Assembly: GCF_036321535.1 (NCBI RefSeq)
Contig: NC_087441.1
Coordinates: 29,264,001-29,328,000 of the forward strand
Length of the DNA: 64,000 nucleotides
From: Camelus dromedarius
Taxonomy: Eukaryota
Direction of reading: 5' to 3'
Position numbers and translations under genes: made by a program. Shown here piece after piece: positions 51,271 to 64,000 of this stretch; the stretch's first letter is position 1; each line of letters starts with the position of its first letter. The notes below the pieces were generated by a model. It worked only from the letters and a program-made list of their open reading frames with translations. It was not told where the DNA came from and did no database searches.

Positions 51271-53031
51271 TTATTTAAAAAGGAGAAGAAAAGCAACACT
51301 TAACCCCAACCGTGTGAAAGGACATCAGCAAAAATAAACAACAGCATTAAAAACTCCGTAACATGGCTCATTTGTGAAGGCCCTCAGGAAGGGCTGATGC
51401 TGTTCTCCAAGGGCTATTCCATTCATGCCGCTACAAAAATCTGTTTATGCCTCTTTAGAATCCTTAGAAATCTGGTCTCTATACAAGTAGGGACCTCACC
51501 TAACCCAGTATTTGGCAAAAGCAGGCACTCAGTAATTGTTTACTCCACAAATGGGTGGATGTTGAATTAATATGATAATTATAGTTTGCAGGTTTGCATC
51601 CAGAGTTACTAATTTTTTTAAACTCTATGGAGAGTTTATAAATATCTTTTAAAGAATATAGGAAATACTTTTTTCTTTTCTTGCTTAATTTCACCAAGAT
51701 AAAATCTTACACAGAGAAGATTTACTTCTGAAGGTACTAGATACACAGAATGTCTACTTTTATGTAACTTCAGTTCTCCTTTAATCTCCTCCCATTATGA
51801 CCTCTCAGTAGGCCAAATTTGTTCAAATGAACAAATCAACAAAGGGAAACACCTCGACACAACCCATATTAATGCTGCCTTGCTAGAGAGAGAGAATTAA
51901 GTAATCTGACTACTGAATATCCCTAAATATGAGGACACCATATCCACATTCAACCCACTGACTGTTTATATTTTAACATTTAAAAACTTCACGTTTTTAA
52001 ATTTCATTGTTGAGAATACATGTTCAATTTCTAACATTTCTTAGATCAAATTCAGCTATTGTAATTTTCAGAGAAGCTAACAACACATGCTAGTCAAAAC
52101 ACAGGCTTTTGCTTATGTGTTCATAAAATTGATTATTCTTGCCAAAAGAGCAACTTTCCTTGTTATCTAAGCAAGGAATGCATGTTTTGATTTACGCAGT
52201 TTCGCAGTAAATTAATCCAAAGAGAATTTTCTCATTATGTTTTCCTAAACACAGCATTCTCGGCAAGGACAAAATAAGTGCCAGTGAAATGAACCTTTCA
52301 GAAAATACCCATGATGCAGCAGCTCTTCCCTGGGTCTGCCACGGAAATGGGAAACAGGCTGTGCTTGTGAAGGATTAATATGCTACCAGATAAAGAGCTT
52401 TGAGCTTCGTAAATAGAATAGCATATTCAGGGAGACTAAGAAAAGCCAGTTGAAAGCTGAGAAGAAGAGAAGACAGGACTCGGGCAGGAGCTGACACTGC
52501 CCACTAGTTCTCTGAATTGCATCCCTGTCCCAGGGTTGAGCACAGACCTGCCAGTTATGCCTGATATGTGACAAGGAAGTGAACACAACTTCTTAATCAA
52601 TGTATGTCTTTTAAATCATCAGGTCTCCTTCTTCTTCTTTCACTCCAAAAAACAATGAGTCATTCTCTACTATGGTTCCAATTATACAGGAAGTTTTTTT
52701 TTTAAACCACATTTATCCATAAAAGCTTTCATGATTCTTTCCAAAATTTGTCCCTTCTTTTGGCAAATACAACACTGCATCTTGGAAACAATGCTCCAGA
52801 GATTACCACTGAAACTTGGTGAAATGGGTGTGGCCCAGCTGAGGGACCCTCAGAGGTCCACAGAGCACTTGGAGAAAGGCAGTCTTAATGAGTGGCCGGT
52901 GCCAGCAGTCAGGAGACAGGACTGTCACCACAGACCTCGCTGTGAGAAGCAAAGCTCTCTGCTCAGACCTACAGCACTCCCGAAGAGGCGATGCACATTG
53001 CTACACGGTGGGTTTTCTTCCCAGAAGACCA

Positions 53032-53054
53032 ATCAATCAATCAATCAATCAATC
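53032..53054. repeat. (AATC)n microsatellite
   Basis: aatcaatcaatcaatcaatcaatc. Confidence 0.85.
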
Positions 53055-53676
53055 TTTAAACATTTTCAATGGTACCCCCAACAACATAATGTAAGTCTTC
53101 ACCCATTTTTAAGATTTCTTTTTTCTTTTCCTTCATAATTTCAGCAAACTGCCTTTAGTCCAATGAATATCTTGAGATTGTACAGTAGAAAGGTACATGT
53201 GTCCAAATTTCATTATTAGTTACTGTTTTAAAGTATCTTATACTTTAAGTTAGTTACAGCTTTCATAGTTCCATTAGTCCCTGAGTTCTTGAAGGCTGGA
53301 TCTGACACTAAGCCACGGAGCGGGGCCCTGAGGGTCAGGGAGAGGGGAGTGGTCAGGAGCGCAGTTAGACTGGGGGCCACTCCTGGCTCCCTCTCACCAG
53401 CTGTCAACTAGGCAAACTGGAAAACCTCCCCAGGTCCATAACAGCCTCACCAAAAAGTAGAGAAAATAATAGTTCTATATTACAGGGTCGTTTGAAGGCT
53501 ATCCAATACATGTAAAACTATTACAGCAGTATCTTACAGAGAGTAAATAAATGCTCAAAAAATGTTACTAAAAAAAACCTGTTGCTCCAGTTTCATTTGT
53601 TGAATGAAAGCACTTATAAATGTATAATGGAAATTTAGCATACTAATGTGTTATTTCTGGCATTTAGACTTATATA

Positions 53677-54510
53677 CAGTAGTTCTCCCTTATCCACGGT
53701 TTCACTTTCTATGGCTTGTTACCTACGGTCAACTGAGGGCCAAGAATATTAAACAAAAATCCCAGAAATAAACAACTCGTAAGTTTTAAACTGCACACCA
53801 TTCTGAGTAGCGTGATGAAATCTCTTGCCATCCCCCTCTCACCCACCCAGGAAGTGAATCATCCTTTTGTCCAGTGTATCCTGACAGCCACTTAGTAGCC
53901 AGCTTGGTTATCGGCTCCACTGTCTCAGTTTAGCAGCCCTTATGTTCAAGACACCCTTATTGTANNNNNNNNNNNNNNNNNNNNNNNNNNNNNNNNNNNN
54001 NNNNNNNNNNNNNNNNNNNNNNNNNNNNNNNNNNNNNNNNNNNNNNNNNNNNNNNNNNNNNNNNNNNNNNNNNNNNNNNNNNNNNNNNNNNNNNNNNNNN
54101 NNNNNNNNNNNNNNNNNNNNNNNNNNNNGCATCTTCTTTCTGTGAAAATCGTGAAGAAGGAAAAAGGTATTCACGCTAGTTTGGTCACATCTCAAACTGC
54201 AAAAGTTAGGGCCACAGTGTGTAGCAAGTACTTAGTTAAATGGAAAAGGCGTTAAATTATAAAATAAGACAGTGAGAAAAAGACCACATTCACATAACTT
54301 TCATTACACTACATTGTTAGAATTTCTCTATTTTATTATTGTCATTGTTAACCTCTTATCGTGACTAGTTCATAAGTTAAACTTTACTACAGGTATGTAT
54401 GTATAAGAAAAAAGAGTACATATAGAGTTCGGTACTATCCAAGGTTTCAGGCATCGCCTGGGGTCTTGGATGTATCTCCCATGGGAATAAGGGAGAAAGG
54501 GGGGCTACTG
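53677..54510 (+). mobile_element. MER44/Tigger7 DNA transposon, second copy
   Basis: TA-flanked cagtagttctccc...ggggctactg; homologous to 3635-4446; N-gap 53965-54128 inside. Confidence 0.85.
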
Positions 54511-55275
54511 TATGCAATGACTGAAAATAAACTAGCTGCCTCCAGTGGCAATACTGAATGATTTCTAAGATGCAGTATTTTTAATTCAGGGTAAGTTAAT
54601 CACACAAGAAAAGGTTTTTAAATGGATATTTGCAAACAGAATCATCATCAAGTCTATGTGCTTTTCGGTTGTATTTTAAAGCGTCTACAAAGACCCCAAA
54701 TCACCTAAACAATATTTCAAATTTCAAATGTACAGATTTGGATGCTTTTTTAAGTTACTCAGAGGTAAGAGAAAAATAATGAAAAACACTTTTTTTGACC
54801 AATGTATTCTGATGTTTGCCTATTTATATCTGTGCCTTCTGTGATCTTTGTTGCTAATCTACAATAATCTTACCCCTCATAAATTCAAATTGTTGAGTCA
54901 CCCAATCACAGAAAATTCTACCGAACAAGTACTTTCAACAAAGCCTATTCTCTTCTCATTCTTAATGGTCAACCCAGAATGACTATTGCAGTAGCTAAAT
55001 ACCTATAAAACTATCAGGTTGCCAGGAACAGCTAAGTAGCAAGAGTAAATCTATTTTAAATTATGAATGCATTTTCTCCCAGGAAGATTTAACTACTGAT
55101 ACACTCTTCATTTTTACATGATCACCATGGTAACCACATTTCATATGGATCTGAATATAAAATTAGTTCATATTTATTTAGTATACATGGAGATCATTAT
55201 CTTCCACATATGTGGGGCAGACACCCTCCATCAGACTATATAAGGAATCTCCACGTGAGTGGCAGAACCATGTAC

Positions 55276-55378
55276 CTGTGAGGGCCCAGGTGTCTCGCTC
55301 TCTTAAAATGACCAATCCCTTTACATCCTGGGGTTGAGCATCCACCATGTTCTGAGGCTTCCATTAATTCTAAGGGAC
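55276..55378 (-). CDS. L3MBTL3: L3MBTL3 exon (103 nt, phase 1/2): (S)PLELMEASEHGGCSTPGCKGIGHFKRARHLGPH(S), degenerate CCHHC zinc finger
   Basis: ttttcaatag|GT acceptor, CACAG|gtacat donor. Confidence 0.97.
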
Positions 55379-55689
55379 CTATTGAAAAAAAAAAAAAGTC
55401 AAACAGTTAAGGTTATTAAAGTCAAATGTCTCAGATTAGAATAGCGAAAAAAATCCAGTTTTTCAATCAACACTTACAAACAGAAAAAGAAGCAGGTCCT
55501 ATAAAAATTTAAAATATGTTTAAAGTCTCTAGTTCTAAAGGTTTTCTCCTAGGATTTTGTTCACTATCTTTCTTCAATAGTGAAACAGTAACTTTTGATC
55601 TAACCTTCTTTCAAAATGTTGCAAATTCCAGAGATACCTAAATCTGAAATTATAAGAAGATTCTAACAATTTTGATGAGGTAAATAGCA

Positions 55690-56600
55690 TAATTAATATA
55701 TGAATACTTGCACACTGTAAAAACTTCAAACAACACACCAGAATATAGAAGAACAGTTACAGACCCTCTTCAAGCAACTCCTCACACATTTCATACCCTC
55801 CTTAGTCCTAATTATGTTACTGTGTAACCTTTCTAGATGTTCTAAGCATTCCCATATGTACCTACATTTGTGCATATATACATGTATCGAGTTTTAGATT
55901 CTGCCACATAAAAGGGACCACATGGAGTACTATCCTGAAACATTCTTCCTTGGTCTTTAACTTCATGTCTTAAAAATCTTTCCATCTCAATAGTAATACT
56001 CTTTATAACTATTGCATAGTAGCTGTAGCATGAGTGTATTATAATTTATTTAACCAGTATCTGTTTCCATGGTTTATTATTTTAAACATACTGCAACCAG
56101 TATCATGTCTGTGCCTTGTGGTGCCCTTATGCACTTTCTATGGGCATCCAGAAGTAATGCCACTAGTTGGGGAAGGTATGCTTAATTTTAAAACACCCAA
56201 CAATAATTTATTGTATTTGCTACATATTTTTTCTACTGTGTATTTATTTTCCTCCAAAACTGAGATCTGGTATGTCAAATTCTCAGTGTATCTTTTTTCT
56301 TTCTGTTTTCTTTTTTTTATTCAATTGAAGTATAGTCAGTTTACAATGTTGTATCAATTTCTGTCTGTGTACTTTTAAAAAATTTTTAATTTAACTGAAA
56401 TTTTTATTGAGGTGATTGTAGATTCACACCAATTGTAAGTAATAATACAGAGGGAGATCCCCTGCACACTTTGCCCAGTTTCTCCCAATGGTAATATTTT
56501 GCAAAACTACAGTATAAAATCACTATTAGGATATTCACATTGATACATTAAATTTTGATAGTCTGACAAACTGTCTTCCAAAAATTCAGTACTAATTTTA
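55690..56600 (-). mobile_element. Cluster of L1 3'-end fragments of different ages
   Basis: Old L1ME-like text at 55690-56290; young 3' tip ttgaagtatagtcagtttacaatg at ~56305-56365; L1MB-like tttttattgaggtgattgtagattcac at ~56370-56550. Confidence 0.6.
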
Positions 56601-56843
56601 AAAGATGGTGACTACTGCTAAATAAAAGGATGTACAGGCACACTTTATTTTTTCAGATATTAATTTTTCCTTTTATATATTTTTGACTACCAAGTAATTG
56701 AAAATGTAGGAAGAGGATAAAAGATTACACAAAGAAGAAATGTACAGTAGAGAAGTAGAACAAGAAGGGTAGAGGGAAAAAATATTAAGGACACTACACA
56801 AGAAAATGGAAACATCTCTTTAAGTTATTCTTGTGTCTCTTAC

Positions 56844-56958
56844 TCAAAGGAGGCTGAAGTGGATGCCCAGTTTTGGAACACCAACCGACAGGGTGAATAT
56901 CAGGAGAATCTGCGTCTATCCAGTAATCATAGCAACTATTCCAGCCATCAAAGTGAAC
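56844..56958 (-). CDS. L3MBTL3: L3MBTL3 exon (115 nt, phase 0/1), end of the third MBT repeat: VHFDGWNSCYDYWIDADSPDIHPVGWCSKTGHPLQPPL; upstream exons not found in the window
   Basis: ctcgttttccag|GTT acceptor, TTGA|gtaaga donor; canonical MBT motifs HFDGW, YDYW and HPVGWC. Confidence 0.97.
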
Positions 56959-57719
56959 CTGGAAAACGAGAGGAAATTAATAGCATAACTCAGATCACAA
57001 AAATTCCTACAGTAAAAGTTCTGCCCACAGTAACCATTTTCATGATCTTCTAAGTAATATAGTACACATTTAATACCCAAGTGAATTGTTTTAATTATTT
57101 AAATTACTTGATTCCAGTATAAGAAAAAGGTACTTTTGAACTACCTTCAACATATTATTTAACCATTAATAAATGTCTTGACAAAGGCATGTTTGGGCAA
57201 CACTTCTACAGATACAGTGTGTGTATCTCCCAATACTATCAGCAGTTTGAGTACTTAACATCTTCATATGAGCAATACCAAACACCCAATAAATACTACC
57301 AAGTCATGAATAAATCAGGGAAGGGAGGGAGGAGGAAGGGAGAGGGGAGCGGCAAGATCTTTCATACAAATGTCAAGTCTCCTAGAACTATGCTAAAAAC
57401 AGACTTCAAAAAAAAAAATCAATGCCCTACTACAAATATACCCAATTTACAAAATATGTCTCTACCAAATGTATTTTTAAATATTTTTCTAATATGTCTC
57501 AAGGAGATTTTAGAGAGTCATCAGGGCTACCCAACTTTATTGGCCACCATGTGAAATGCCAGTTGGTCTTTTAGGCATGGTTACTATAAGGACCAGCTAC
57601 ATATCTTTTAAGTAATACATATTTTTTATCTTTTAGAATGGAAGAATATACTAAAACGCTATATATTTTAGATCTAGTTTGCCAGTTAGACATTCTTTTT
57701 GAAGTTTATGACTCTCTTA

Positions 57720-58460
57720 TTCCTAAAAATACAATAGATGCCAGACGGATTAAAACAAAAAAATCCGAACATTAAAAACTGAACAATAGAAAGTTCTAAA
57801 AGAAAGCATGAATGAATGTATTTATCTTAGAGTGGGATAGCCTTTGTAAGCAAGATGCCAAACTCAAAAGCCAGATCAGTCTGACTACATCAAAATTTAA
57901 ATCTTGAGAATGGCAAATATTACCGATACCAAGGTGAAAAGAAGTCCAAAAAAAAACATTTGTTAACATTTGACAATGTACTTTGTTCCTTAATTTATAA
58001 AAACGTCATGTATCAATATAAAAAAGTGAAAAATCTAATAGAAAGAAAAGATACAAATGACTCATTAACAATAAAGTAAATATAAATGTCTAGTAAACAT
58101 ATGAAAAGACAATCAATTTCACTTATAACTTAAAAAGTACAAATTAAAACCACAAGATGCAATTCTCCTTTCAATCTGCCAAAAAATAATCCATTTTGGT
58201 GATTCCTGGAGCTGGTGAGTATGAGGACAAACAGATGTTCTCATAGGCCACTGACAGGAGTATTGATTGGTGAGATATTTCTGGAGAGTTATTTGGCAAT
58301 AATGATCAACACTTAAAATACATCATCTTTGACTCAGTAATCTCAATAACTCAACTCGCTGTTTGTAGTAGAAAAAAACCCAGAGTGTTTACCATCAGAA
58401 GAATAGTTAAGTAAATTATGGTATTCATATGATGGAACAGTACAGAGTTATTAAAGTACA
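57720..58460 (+). mobile_element. Old L1 distal ORF2/3' fragment (L1ME-type)
   Basis: gtctgactacatcaaaatttaaa; aaaagtacaaattaaaaccacaagatg; gttaagtaaattatggtattc. Confidence 0.65.
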
Positions 58461-59084
58461 TATATATGGGTTCAAAATAGTATCCTTTGGAATGAATTCA
58501 CTATCTCAAGCTTAGAAATCAATCAATCCTAGAACTGAAACCCACAGAATTCCACACCTGGAAGGAATCATGGATATTATCTTAAAGAGGAAAAGAGATC
58601 ACAGAGCTAGGTAGGAGGAGTAGCAGGCTTAAAATTCAAGGATCCAAAATAAAATTGTTCATCATTCATATACGTTGCAGTTAAAGCAGCAGTTAAAGAA
58701 AACTTGTTTGACTCAAAACAACCCCTTCCTTTCCTCTGACCAAAACCTAAGTTCAAACAACACTGAGAAAGATATTCATGATAATCTTCTAAAACTATCA
58801 ATTTATGCTATCAGTGCCATCAATAAATGAGCAGTCATAATTCATAGTATGCTAGCAAGTTTTAAACGTTCTAATTCTCAACTAATCATCAAGTGATTAT
58901 GCTCTGTTTTACTGGACACATGAAACTCATGTTTTCTGATCTTGCTATTCCTGAATTCCATTTCTTCTACATTGGAATCAATGTTTACACAACTCATGTT
59001 CCACTTGTTACAGATAAACAATTAAATTTTATAAAATTTAGCTATCTTCCCATAGTGAACAAACTCAATCCTAACAAGTAAATG

Positions 59085-59260
59085 GTTCTCCACCCTGGAT
59101 ACACATCAGAATCACTCAAGAATATTGAAAAGAAGAAGGTTAAAAAAAAAAAAAAAAAGGCCAAGCCCACTAAGAAGGCTCTGAATTTAGAGGTGCAGCT
59201 TGGGTTCTGTGCACCTATATGCTATTTACTTTACTTCTAAGTGACTCTGCCATGCACTCA
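59085..59260. mobile_element. MER5-like fragment with internal poly-A
   Basis: ggttctccaccctggatacacatcagaatcactc. Confidence 0.5.
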
Positions 59261-60399
59261 GAAGGGAGACCACTGACAGTAAATAGGACACATTTTAAAA
59301 GGACTCCAAAAATCTTGATAACATCATAAATAAAAGGGTTCTTTTCAAAATCTTCCTCCCACTTACCTTTCAGAATGTTTATGTTGGAGCTACTATACCT
59401 GGGGATGCCATAACCCTTTCCTAGTTTTCACTGAAACTGACATCTCAGTTTGAAAAGTCATCTATCTTCAGTGATAGATGTACCTTAGCTACTATAAATA
59501 AACTGAACACCTACAAGCTAGGTTGGCAGGCAATTTGGAGAGTTTTAGTACTTTAAGGTTAAATTTCAGAGTTAAAATTTGGCTTAGATATTATGCACAG
59601 AGGTAACACTACAACTCTCTGGTAAGTAGCAAACATACTTAAAAACTGCTCTCTGAAATTATGTAAACACTCACACTACATGCAACAATTAGTATCAGCC
59701 CTAATTAATACTCTCATTCTGGGAAACCCAGATGAGGTCATTTTATTAAGGTCTGTATAGTTTCATTTCATCTTTTGTAACTTGCTACTTCAGTCCCTGG
59801 CATATTTGGCATATTAAAAGGTTTTAAACAAACAAACAAAATCTAGAAATGGTAAGCGATAGTTTTTCTCCTGCTGGGTCCTATTTGGAAATGAAATCAA
59901 ATGCCTGACAAAGAGCAAGAGAGGAAGATACATAAACATACAACATGAAATATTTAAACATTTTACAAACACAAAAAAAGACATCCAAAAATATTCATAA
60001 TAGAAATGTCCCACTATAAAAACAATTACATATAAAAGCAACTAAGCAATGATGCTGAATTTAATTAAAATTCTAAATTAAATAGACCATTACGGATCAA
60101 AGCACAGTACAGATGATTTAACTTACACATATTTAAAATTATAGTTTGGCAAGTTGGATACATTTTTAACCCAGAAGTGCAATTTGGACTCTTTATAAAA
60201 ACTTAATATTCATTACTGACAACTTCAAGATTAAGACAGATGATCTCTTTAGAAAGTACACTAATTTTTTTTTTTTAAAAGAGTTGGTTGCATTTTCTGC
60301 TCAGGTGAAAGGCAACTCAGTAAAACATATTTTAGCCCAGACTGCTTATTTCTGCTCTCTTGTGAAAGGAAAGTTATGTTTGAAAAGGTAAAAACCCAG

Positions 60400-62560
60400 A
60401 AGAACAAGTGGAGAAGGAGAAGTGACAATGACAATGATGTGTCTGTGGGGCAAAGGCAGGTGAGGGGGTGCTGAGCTACTGGAGAGAGAGGGTCGGTCAC
60501 AACTCAGATGTCTAGAGCGGGAGCGCGGGACCAGAGGGACCTGGCTCACCGTGCAGAACCCAAGGACTCGATCTGGAGGTAGCAGGTGTGTGAAGAGGTC
60601 TGGAAAATGACAGGATTGGCTCAAAATCTGAAAATGGAGCGGCAGATCCTTAAGTCTAAGCCTCTACTCCACCCACCGAAGTAACTGCCCCTTCGACATT
60701 CCTGCAAAAGAGAAGAGGTTTACTTTCTAGAGACACAGCTGCGGAGCCTCTGAATTCCAGGACAGTGGTGATGGCTGGATGGAAAGTCCAAGGACAGAGT
60801 GACAGTCTGCATACTCCAACCCAGCCCTCGCTGCCTCACACAGCGGCCGCCAGGTTCACCCATCCCCAGGGAGGGGGAAGAGAAGAAACTGAAAGGCTAC
60901 AAAGAACCCAGATGCTGACCAGTGGGGACCTCCCTGTGGAAAAGCTGGCTCTTTGTTCTCTTTTCCCACCGTGAAGCTCACCAATCCGTAAGCCCCACCC
61001 ATAAAAGCAGATAATTTCAAGTGCCTTTTTCTTAACGTGAACAGCCAGTCAAGGACCTGACATCTGAAGAGAGGCTCTCATATGAAAGCAGAGGCCAAAT
61101 TAATTAACTAAAAGAAATTTAGAGGAAATAAATATGGAACAGGAGGAAAACCATCACTGGTGTCCTCAGATAAGGAACGACATTGCTTCAGGAAATAAAA
61201 AAGAAGATTCCATTAAAAAGGAGAAAAGGGAGGGAAACGACAAGAAAATAAGGAAAAATTCTTGAAAGTTAAAAAAAAATCATAGTTGTAATTTAAAATG
61301 TAACAGAGTTGAGAAAATCGAGTAGATATCTCCAACCAAGAATTAAAAAAAAAACCAAAACAGAGAAGAATAAGAAAGAAAATATAAGAAAATCAGGGAG
61401 GGGGCCAGCCAATCCAAGAGGTGTAATACCAGAGGTACAGGATTTCCAGAAAGAGAACAGAGAGGGGAGGAGGACATCACCAAGGCAATAATGGAAAAAC
61501 ATTTCTAAAAACAAAGGATCTGAAACTCCACTGTGAAAGGGCATGACTACCCTGCATGATAAACGAAAAAAGACCCTCACATCAAGACATGGCTACCACA
61601 TAATGTCAGAACATGAGGGACAGAGATGGTCCTAGAGTTTTTAGAAAGAAAAGGTACATCACCCCGAGAGAAGGAACTGAATGGCCTTGAATGTCTCAAA
61701 AAACAGCTCCCGATGTGAGAAGACAGCAGAACAATGCTTGTCGTTTCTGAGGGGAAATGGTTCTCCGTCTTGTCACAGCATGAACTAAATGAGAGGCCAG
61801 TATATTGACATCGTCAGATGTGCAAGGAGTGAAAAATTATGCTTCCCATACACACGTCCTCAGAAAGTTACAAAAAGATATGCTTCGGCAAGGTAAGAGA
61901 GTATGCAAAGAATAACAAAGCATGCAACTCAGGAAAAATGAAATGCAACATCGTGTGTCAGCGAAGAGGAGCCTCAGGATGAAAGCTGAGAGGGCAACCA
62001 GGCAGATCAGAAGAGGTGGCTGTCAAACTATGGGAAGGAGGGTTCCAGGAAAAAAGATACAGATGCAAGGTTTAAAAATACACTCGAGCTTTTTGACCAA
62101 AAGACATGTCAGATTTATTATGGCACTTGTAAAACTCTAATAACAAGAACATAGACAATTTAAAAATAAAAAAAAACCCCAATTATTGACGTCAGGAAAA
62201 GCTAAATATCATAAGAAAAAGACTACATTACTCAGCAGTGAACAAAATCTGTTTATTTATAATATGAACACAGAAGAGTGGGGAAAAAGCCAAACGCTGT
62301 GGATAATTACTGAAAGAGTAAGGGGAAGGGAAGGATGACAAGATCTCCATCCTGAACTACCCTAACAGAAAGGAAACAGCATATTTAAAATGGATGGGTT
62401 GAGAAACAGCAGGATACCTGTATTATTTTTTTTAATTGCAGATCAAATGTCGTAAGCAACAGCCAAGAGTGGGAAGTTCTCGCCTGTGGGGAACCAGACC
62501 TGGGGGTGGGGATGGACGGGGCAGAACTGTCTTATATTCTGTCACCAAAAACACAAAGAC
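60400..62560 (+). mobile_element. HAL1 (half-L1)-like element: GC-rich 5' region, decayed ORF1, 3' region
   Basis: acagtctgcatact in the 5' part; ORF1-like tracts (ggatttccagaaagagaacagagagg; aaaagaccctcacatcaagacat); HAL1-type tgcttcccatacac...tcagaaagttac without ORF2. Confidence 0.65.
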
Positions 62561-63279
62561 AAGAGCAAAAATGTTCTTGCCATTTTTCTTCAACAGCAAA
62601 GTATACAAAGGTTAAACTATTTTAATTGTAATAACTCACAGTGTGAAATGTTATATGTTACATAACTTCAAAAGTTGACTTGACTTGAGTTGATTTTATC
62701 TGAGAAACTCAGAATATTAAACTACACTAATGACTTCGCCTCTATTTTCCTCTATCTTCCTTCCTAAAAAAGAAAAATACGTGTTCTTGCTCCATTATCC
62801 CCCATATTATTAGAAAAACTCCTACTACGGAAAGCGTCCTATATTTTCAGAAGTCTCTGATGAATCCCGAACCTGAGTCACTGTCACTGTTCACTGAGCT
62901 TTTGTGGACTTCATAAATACACTGATATTTGTTCAGTGGTTCACCTTTAGCTGAAATTCATTCCAGTAAGTGAAAAAAAAGATTGTCAACTATACACCTC
63001 ATAGCCAGCTCTTTTGGGGGTATGAAAGATTGACCAGGATGTTGCACTGGGAAGAAAATTCAGCCAGAAGCAAAAAGAGCTGGATTCTAGTCTAAACTTT
63101 TCCCATTAACTAACTGAACAATCGACCCTAGAGTATTTAACCTCTCTGGACCAAAATTACAAAAGTAATCGTGTTCCTGAAACCAGATAATTAAAATGTA
63201 ATCATTTACATCCTAACAGAAAAGCACTGCCATTATCTTGGTACATTTATTTCCATAACTGCTCATGTATACATATATT

Positions 63280-63740
63280 CTTCTAAAAGACAATCCCAGA
63301 CATCACATATGGTATTAAACTGAGATTTTCACTGTCAGTATTAAATATTCTTCTAAAATATGTAACATCGTGGAGATACGCAGTCATTTACTTTACCCAT
63401 CATCTTCCACTGCGCTTGTTCTAATGTTAAACACTATGAACAGCTGACTCTACTGTATTCTCCCTGCAGCTCTTCTCTGTGCACACTCCCTTTGGTTATT
63501 CCCTTAACAAATTCCTGGGACTGAAATTCCTGAATTAAAGGGTAAACGACATTCTATGACTTCCGATGCCTATCATCAACTGCCTTCCAGAAAGGCTGAG
63601 ACACTTTGTATTTTCACCAGTTGTATATAAGAATAAACTTTTCATGCATCCAAACCAGAACATATATTTTGTTTTCAATTCTGACCAATCTGGCTTATAA
63701 AAATATTATGTTGCTTAATTCTACATTTTGAAGGACAGTA
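63280..63740 (-). mobile_element. Old L1 fragment
   Basis: gaaattcctgaattaaagggta...actgccttccagaaaggctg...ttttcaccag. Confidence 0.6.
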
Positions 63741-64000
63741 AGAAAATATACTTCAAAAAGATGGAACACAGGTCTTACACAATTTATAAATTTTCTGAAA
63801 TGTTATATGATTACATAATCTTAAAAACAGTGAATTAAACGCTAAAACTTCTATTTTATAGAAACACTTGAATTTACAGAAATACATCAGCACAGGTTTT
63901 CCATGTTATTTTACAATTTATTTTCTTATACATTACCTCATTGGAGATAGCTGAAGATGTAATACTGTTTTTTAAAGAACTGAACTTAGACTCAAGTAGT

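Noticed and set aside
3635-54510. Two same-orientation MER44 copies flanking both gene ends as a recombination substrate
   Set aside because: The copies are old, clearly diverged and from a high-copy family, so co-occurrence is unremarkable.
59361-59432. Consensus donor AAG|gtaagt on the minus strand, first taken for the next MBT exon
   Set aside because: The upstream sequence does not encode MBT. Candidate exons are 32 nt (frameshift) or start with TGA. The true exon probably lies beyond the window.
1-64000. CRISPR arrays, operons or other prokaryotic systems
   Set aside because: The sequence is mammalian intron-exon DNA with no regularly spaced repeat-spacer array and no dense coding content.

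Overview
Mammalian genomic DNA, most likely camelid (alpaca/camel), inferred from two tRNA-derived Vic-1-type SINEs and artiodactyl-type L1 3' ends. It has two N-gaps (16647-16788, 53965-54128). Two genes end tail-to-tail: the last 4 coding exons of SAMD3 (+ strand, 5525-11470) and the last 7 coding exons of L3MBTL3 (- strand, 56958-15519: end of the third MBT repeat, degenerate CCHHC finger, SAM domain) with a ~1.7 kb 3' UTR. All exon boundaries are GT-AG and phase-compatible. The rest is intronic/intergenic DNA with L1, HAL1, L2, MIR, MaLR/ERVL LTRs and DNA transposons. I found no evidence for a wholly new biological system. The best leads are: (1) an apparent 13-nt deletion in the SAMD3 last exon that creates an early stop, with the ancestral C-terminus still readable in another frame; (2) a decayed CTAGE5/MIA2 processed pseudogene, apparently from an exon-skipped mRNA, lying between two collinear L1 pieces; (3) two in-frame candidate alternative exons of L3MBTL3; (4) a TSD-bounded, sense-oriented L1 containing a diverged internal duplication. 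Protein and repeat identities come from recalled reference sequences, not database searches. Repeat boundaries are approximate unless TSD/TIRs are given.
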